Source of the DNA: Gemmatimonadales bacterium
GTDB taxonomy: Bacteria > Gemmatimonadota > Gemmatimonadetes > Gemmatimonadales > GWC2-71-9
Length of the DNA: 64,000 nucleotides
Reading direction: 5' to 3'
Assembly (NCBI GenBank): GCA_965249575.1
Contig: OZ252244.1
Coordinates: 2,144,001-2,208,000 of the forward strand
The translations under genes were made by a program, and so were the position numbers. Below the pieces are notes generated by a model that was not told where the DNA came from, made no database searches, and saw only the letters and a program-made list of their open reading frames with translations. The number at the start of each line of letters is the position of its first letter. Position 1 is the first letter of the stretch. Positions 59,673 through 64,000 of this stretch are shown piece after piece.

Positions 59673-60542
59673 TCAGGGCCGCTCGAACAATTTCTGGGGA
59701 AGGTCCGGGTTGATCACGACGTCGGAGATGACGAGCGCCTTCGTCCGCTTGCCGGATGTCGTGATCCAGTCGCGCCGGGTGACGACAGGATAGTCGATAT
59801 CACCGAAGCGGCCGGTCTCACCCCACACCACGCGGTGGAGGTCGGTGCGCCCTTCTTCAACGTAAGTCACTTCTGTTGGGAAGCCCCGGTTGGGCGCGAA
59901 ATAGTAACTGAAAACGTCTTGGTGCTCGCCAACGTTGACGCCGAACGAGACTCGTAGCGCGTGATATCGAGTCGCAGGGGCGCCCCGCCGTGGCCGCTCG
60001 AAACCGGCACCCATCGCACCTGGGCGGCCCCGCACCCCATCGTAGGAGAGGAGCACACCGTCGTCACGCAGCTTGAAGGGAAGGCCAAACCAGTAGAACA
60101 CATCTCGCGATACGTAGAGTGCCTCGCGGGTGTCCTTTGCAGAGTCGGGGAGGATATCGCCGTTGACCGCAGCCCAGACCCGGCGTCCGTCGAAGCCCTG
60201 CTGGATGAGGCCGGCCGCTTCGTACCGCTCGATGCGCGATTCCTCACCGTGCGGGCCCTTCTTGATCCAGACGTAACGGGGGCGCGTCCGCTGCAAGCGT
60301 CCGGTCAGCGTGTCGTACCACACCGTGGTGACGGTAAAGGTCGCGGACTGGAAACGCTGGTAGGTTTCCATGCCCCCCACCGAGTCGATCCATGTGGTGA
60401 GGAGGGAGTCCGGATCGGACGCCGTCGCCTGGACTGGCTGCGCGCCGCTGGGGTACGGTGGGGTCGGCGAAAAGACGGCGACGAGCATGAGACTCGCCGC
60501 GACACGCGTTGCGGCTCCACTACCAATGGTTCGTTGCACTCT
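59673..60542 (-). CDS. Hypothetical exported beta-rich protein (start uncertain)
   Basis: Signal-like VAASLMLVAVF; GFDG..W, YWFGLPFKL.D.G; ends LF..P. Confidence 0.6.
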   Translation of the reverse strand, partial: RVQRTIGSGAATRVAASLMLVAVFSPTPPYPSGAQPVQATASDPDSLLTTWIDSVGGMETYQRFQSATFTVTTVWYDTLTGRLQRTRPRYVWIKKGPHGEESRIERYEAAGLIQQGFDGRRVWAAVNGDILPDSAKDTREALYVSRDVFYWFGLPFKLRDDGVLLSYDGVRGRPGAMGAGFERPRRGAPATRYHALRVSFGVNVGEHQDVFSYYFAPNRGFPTEVTYVEEGRTDLHRVVWGETGRFGDIDYPVVTRRDWITTSGKRTKALVISDVVINPDLPQKLFERP

Positions 60543-60628
60543 CGTCACCCGCTTGCCCTTGTGGCCTTGCCTGGAAATACTAGGCGCCTCATTCACGCAA
60601 ATCAACACGCCCGACGCAGCGACTGCAA

Positions 60629-61717
60629 ATGAAACGGTATCCTGCATTTGATCCGCCCGAATATGTGACCTGGAGTCCCGGGAACCGGCTGGTCGAGCGG
60701 TTTCGCGACACCTGGGCCTCAGATCCGGCCCGACGCGAGATCGTCACCGGGCTGGATCGCGCGGCCAAACTCCAGCTTTACGCTGGAATGGTGCGGACCC
60801 GCCTCCACGATATCATGCTCAAACGGTGGGTCCGGCAAGGCGTCATCTCGAAGGCGTGGCTTGGCACGGGAGAGGAGGCCGTCACCGTCGGCCCTGTGCA
60901 CGCGCTCAACCTGGACCGCGACTTGGTCGCGCCGATGATCCGGAATGCCGGGGCTTGCTGCGAGATGGGTATGTCGGTGGCAGACATGCTGCGGGGGTAC
61001 CTCGGAACCGCGGACTCGCCGTCGAAGGGCCGCGACGGACACGTGGGGAGCTTCGCCCATCGCGTCCTCCAGCCGATATCGAACATCGGCAACATGCCGC
61101 CCGTCGCGGCGGGACTTGCCCTCGCCGTTCAGGCCCGTAAGGAGCCCACCGTAATTCTGACGTGGATCGGCGACGGCTCCGTGAAGTCAGGACCTACCCA
61201 CGAAGCGCTCAACTTCGCCGCGGTGCAACGGCTCCCGGTCATCTGGATCATTCAGAACAATCAAGTGGCGCTGGGCACGCGGATCGACCAGCATCACCTG
61301 CCCGAAGGGTTCGCCGGGCTAAGCGAGGCCTACGGTTGCGCCGGGTGGTCGGTCGACGGCAATAATGTGCTCGATGCCTATGCCGCGACGAGGCTTGCGG
61401 CCGATCGCTGCCGCCAGGGCAAAGGGCCGGTCATCATCGATGCCGAGACGTTCCGCATGGGCGGACACGCGACGCACGACGAGCAGGAAGCGCGGCGGAC
61501 GTTCCCACCAGACCTCTTCGAGCGATGGGGGCGGCGGGATCCAATCGGCTGCTACGAGGAATACCTCAAGGCCGAAGGTGTCACGGCCGGTGCTCTGGAG
61601 CAGATCGAAGCCGACGTCACCGCCGACGTGGACCGGGCCGCCGAAGCCGCGCTCGAAAGCCGTACGAGCAACATGCCCCGGCCGGAGGATGCGCTCCTGC
61701 ACGTCTATCGAGACTAA
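60629..61717 (+). CDS. TPP-dependent 2-oxoacid dehydrogenase E1 alpha-like subunit
   Basis: GEEA, GDGS..EALNFA..IQNN TPP motif, VDGNN, FRMGGH, DPI. Confidence 0.88.
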   Translation: MKRYPAFDPPEYVTWSPGNRLVERFRDTWASDPARREIVTGLDRAAKLQLYAGMVRTRLHDIMLKRWVRQGVISKAWLGTGEEAVTVGPVHALNLDRDLVAPMIRNAGACCEMGMSVADMLRGYLGTADSPSKGRDGHVGSFAHRVLQPISNIGNMPPVAAGLALAVQARKEPTVILTWIGDGSVKSGPTHEALNFAAVQRLPVIWIIQNNQVALGTRIDQHHLPEGFAGLSEAYGCAGWSVDGNNVLDAYAATRLAADRCRQGKGPVIIDAETFRMGGHATHDEQEARRTFPPDLFERWGRRDPIGCYEEYLKAEGVTAGALEQIEADVTADVDRAAEAALESRTSNMPRPEDALLHVYRD

Positions 61718-61727
61718 TGAACGCGCC

Positions 61728-63077
61728 TCACCCGCCGAACAGTGCCGCGATAGACGCCCAAGTCGGTCCGGCCGAGAACATGATGACGACGAGAAGGACC
61801 GCGGGCGCCAGGTAACGGACGAGGAGTGCCCACCCCTTGCGCGCCGTTGCGTTCGGAAGCCCCTGGGCCAGTTCGGCGTCCGCGCGCGGCAGGAGTTTGT
61901 ATCCCACGAGCAAGGCGGTGCAGAAACCGCCGACGATGAGCAGGAAGTTTCCAACGAGTGAATCGACTGCTCCGAGGAAATCGGTGTTGTAGGCCGAGGG
62001 TATTCCCGCCACGGCGATCACACCTCCCATAATCATCGCGGCACGTTTCCGTGTCAGCCAACCCGCATCGACGACGGCCGCGACGGCGACCTCCAAGAGC
62101 GAGATTGCCGAAGTGATCGCGGCAAAGAAGAGCATGATGAAGAACAGGACACCGACGAGGTTGCCGGCGCCGCCCATGATCTGGAATCCCGCCGGCAGCG
62201 CGATGAAGAGGGCGCCCACCGTGCTCTCGCTGACCTGATCCGTCAGTCCGAAGTGGGCAATGATCGGGAATACGACGAGGCCGGCAGTAAAGGCGACCCC
62301 GAAATCCGCTAGCGCTATCGTCGCGGCTTCCTGCCCCAGGTTCTCATGGGAACGGAGGTATGAGGCGTACGTCATCAGCGCGCCCATACCGAGGCTCAGT
62401 GAAAAGAAAGCCTGTCCAGCCGCGGCGACGAGGATTTTTGGAGTGAACAGTTCCGAGAGGTCCGGCCGCAAGTAATACGCGTACCCGGCCCCGCCCTGGT
62501 CGAGCGTAGCCGACCAGATGGCCAGACCGATGAGGAGGAGAAGGAGGAGTGGCATGAGCACGAGGTTGGCACGCTCCAGCCCGCCTTTTACGCCGCCCGC
62601 TACTATGATGATTGTCAGCACCATGAAGCCCAGGTGCCACATGAGCGCGTCGGTCCCAGCAGCGATTTCACCGAAGTAGGCCGCTGGGTCCTGCGGCATA
62701 CCGGCCCGAACGACGTCGAACGCGTAGCGCATAGTCCAACCCGCGATGACGCCATAATACGAGAGGATCCCGACGCCGCAGAACACGAACAAAAGGCCCA
62801 GCGGCGTCCAGGCGGCGCCGCCCAGGCGTCTGACCGCTTCGGCGGGTGACTGCTGAGCCATCCGACCGACGATGAGTTCGGAGGTCATGAGCGGAATGCC
62901 AACGAGCGCGACGATAATGAGGTAAAGTAGGACGAACGCTGCACCGCCCCCCTCCGACGCGACATATGAGAAACGCCACATGTTCCCCAAGCCAACGGCG
63001 GAGCCTATTGCCGCCAGGATGAAACCCGCCCTTGTGGCCCACGCGTCGCGTTGGGGTGAACCGGCAGAGTCCGTCAT
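61728..63077 (-). CDS. Sodium-dependent transporter, NSS/SNF family
   Basis: AIGSAVGLGNMWRF, GGAAF, YYGVIAGW, GQAFFSLSLGMG, AAITSAIS. Confidence 0.95.
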   Translation of the reverse strand: MTDSAGSPQRDAWATRAGFILAAIGSAVGLGNMWRFSYVASEGGGAAFVLLYLIIVALVGIPLMTSELIVGRMAQQSPAEAVRRLGGAAWTPLGLLFVFCGVGILSYYGVIAGWTMRYAFDVVRAGMPQDPAAYFGEIAAGTDALMWHLGFMVLTIIIVAGGVKGGLERANLVLMPLLLLLLIGLAIWSATLDQGGAGYAYYLRPDLSELFTPKILVAAAGQAFFSLSLGMGALMTYASYLRSHENLGQEAATIALADFGVAFTAGLVVFPIIAHFGLTDQVSESTVGALFIALPAGFQIMGGAGNLVGVLFFIMLFFAAITSAISLLEVAVAAVVDAGWLTRKRAAMIMGGVIAVAGIPSAYNTDFLGAVDSLVGNFLLIVGGFCTALLVGYKLLPRADAELAQGLPNATARKGWALLVRYLAPAVLLVVIMFSAGPTWASIAALFGG

Positions 63078-63763
63078 TGATCAGTCTCCTTGAAGGGGGT
63101 CCGAAGCCGACCGACGTCGCGGCTCGCTCGCGGAGCCGGCGATTCGGCCTGCGCGTCCGGAATCGATCTGCCCATGGTCTGCCATGCAACGTCTACCAGG
63201 GACTGGGTCCCACTGTGCTCGGCCGCCCACTCACGGCTGGCTACCCGTTCGAGCATGAGCGCTATGAGGTGAAGCCAAACGTCTGCCCAGAGTTCAGCAG
63301 GGCCCGGCCGAACCTGCCCCGCAGCCTTGCCAGAGGCGATTATCCGCTTTACCTCGCCGCGCAGCTCTTGCCGGATCTCAGAGCTCTTCGTATCCAACAG
63401 CGCCCGAACGCGTGCGACGAACACCAGGCGTACCAGTGCCGGGTTCTGCTCCGCTATGTCGCGCCACGCGAGGGCGATTTGTCGGAGCCGTTCGCGGCAT
63501 GGTGAGTGCGCAGGCGTGTCCCGCATGATGTTCAAGAATACCCGCACCGACCCGCGGTACACCTCGTTCAGTAGGTGCTGTTTGCTGGAGAAATGCCTGT
63601 AGATCGTCCCCTCGGCCACGCCGGCTCGGGCCGCGATTTGCGGTGTGGTACTGGCGTGGTAGCCAAGAGTCGTGAAAAGCTCGAGCGCCGCCATCGCGAG
63701 GCGATCCCGCGTTTTCCTGGGGTCGGTTTGGCGCCCCGCGGCCTTGGGCTCGACGTGAGTCAT
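63074..63763 (-). CDS. TetR/AcrR family transcriptional regulator
   Basis: AALELF..GYHASTT..IA.RAGVAEGTIYRHFSSK. Confidence 0.93.
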   Translation of the reverse strand: MTHVEPKAAGRQTDPRKTRDRLAMAALELFTTLGYHASTTPQIAARAGVAEGTIYRHFSSKQHLLNEVYRGSVRVFLNIMRDTPAHSPCRERLRQIALAWRDIAEQNPALVRLVFVARVRALLDTKSSEIRQELRGEVKRIIASGKAAGQVRPGPAELWADVWLHLIALMLERVASREWAAEHSGTQSLVDVAWQTMGRSIPDAQAESPAPRASRDVGRLRTPFKETDQ

Positions 63764-63800
63764 CGCTCACAACACTATCAGTCGGTCAACGAGGTGCCAA
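63755..63800 (-). promoter_or_regulatory. tetR promoter TTGGCA-N17-TAGTGT with overlapping inverted repeat GTGAG-N6-CTCAC
   Basis: -35 at 63800-63795, extended -10 at 63777-63772; palindrome 63755-63770 spans the ATG. Confidence 0.55.
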
Positions 63801-63883
63801 GATGCCACCGTGACGGCCCGCTATCCGCTTACATTTCCTTCCGTGCTCATGAGACAACCGCCCCTCGATTCCCACGTGTCCGC

Positions 63884-64000
63884 GTGAGGGCGCTCGTCCT
63901 CGGCGCCGGGCTTCAGGGCTCGGCGTGCGCCTACGACTTGCTCACGCGAAGCGAGGCACGGGTCACCCTGGCGGACTTCGCGCCGGGGCCGCTGCCTCCC
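63884..64000 (+). CDS. Saccharopine-dehydrogenase-like Rossmann protein (5' part; runs off window)
   Basis: GTG-RALVLGAGLQGSACAYDLL..VTLAD. Confidence 0.7.
   Translation, partial: MRALVLGAGLQGSACAYDLLTRSEARVTLADFAPGPLPP

Noticed and set aside
1..64000. Mobile element, prophage, tRNA or rRNA
   Set aside because: No transposase, integrase, phage gene, terminal repeats or cloverleaf was recognised by eye; a covariance-model scan would be needed to exclude small RNAs.

Overview
High-GC bacterial chromosome segment, gene-dense on both strands. The gene complement looks like a Gemmatimonadota-type genome, but that is my inference and is unverified. I found no rRNA, tRNA, CRISPR array, transposase or integrase. 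Left part (about 3-16 kb): an accessory zone in visible decay, with deletion-fused gene fragments and frameshifted genes. It holds (i) an archease-rtcB-HPF/CSD-phosphoribosyltransferase-hydrolase unit next to a truncated DosS-like GAF kinase, echoing the mycobacterial dormancy regulon, and (ii) an envelope redox/metal cluster: His/Asp-repeat monoheme cytochrome, two DUF3179 genes, a secreted Cys protein, beta-propeller-TlpA and DoxX. Middle: GT2, SDRs, NDH-2, FG-GAP lipoprotein, arsS plus AhpD-like partner, DUF1800/DUF1501 (in-frame TAG), ABC exporter and an EF-G paralog. The best candidate for an uncharacterised system is a translationally coupled four-gene operon (32466-36265, minus): two Ddl-like ATP-grasp ligases, a GNAT and a KamA-type aminomutase, suggesting a beta-amino-acid peptide or osmolyte pathway. 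Right part: thyX, squalene synthase, fatty-acid genes, dCMP deaminase-rnhA-selD, histone-H1-like protein, gyrA, diguanylate cyclase-kinase pair, E1-alpha, NSS transporter and TetR. SelD is itself a likely selenoprotein, with an in-frame UGA and a SECIS-like hairpin that the ORF track missed. All product calls come from motif recognition by eye, not database searches.
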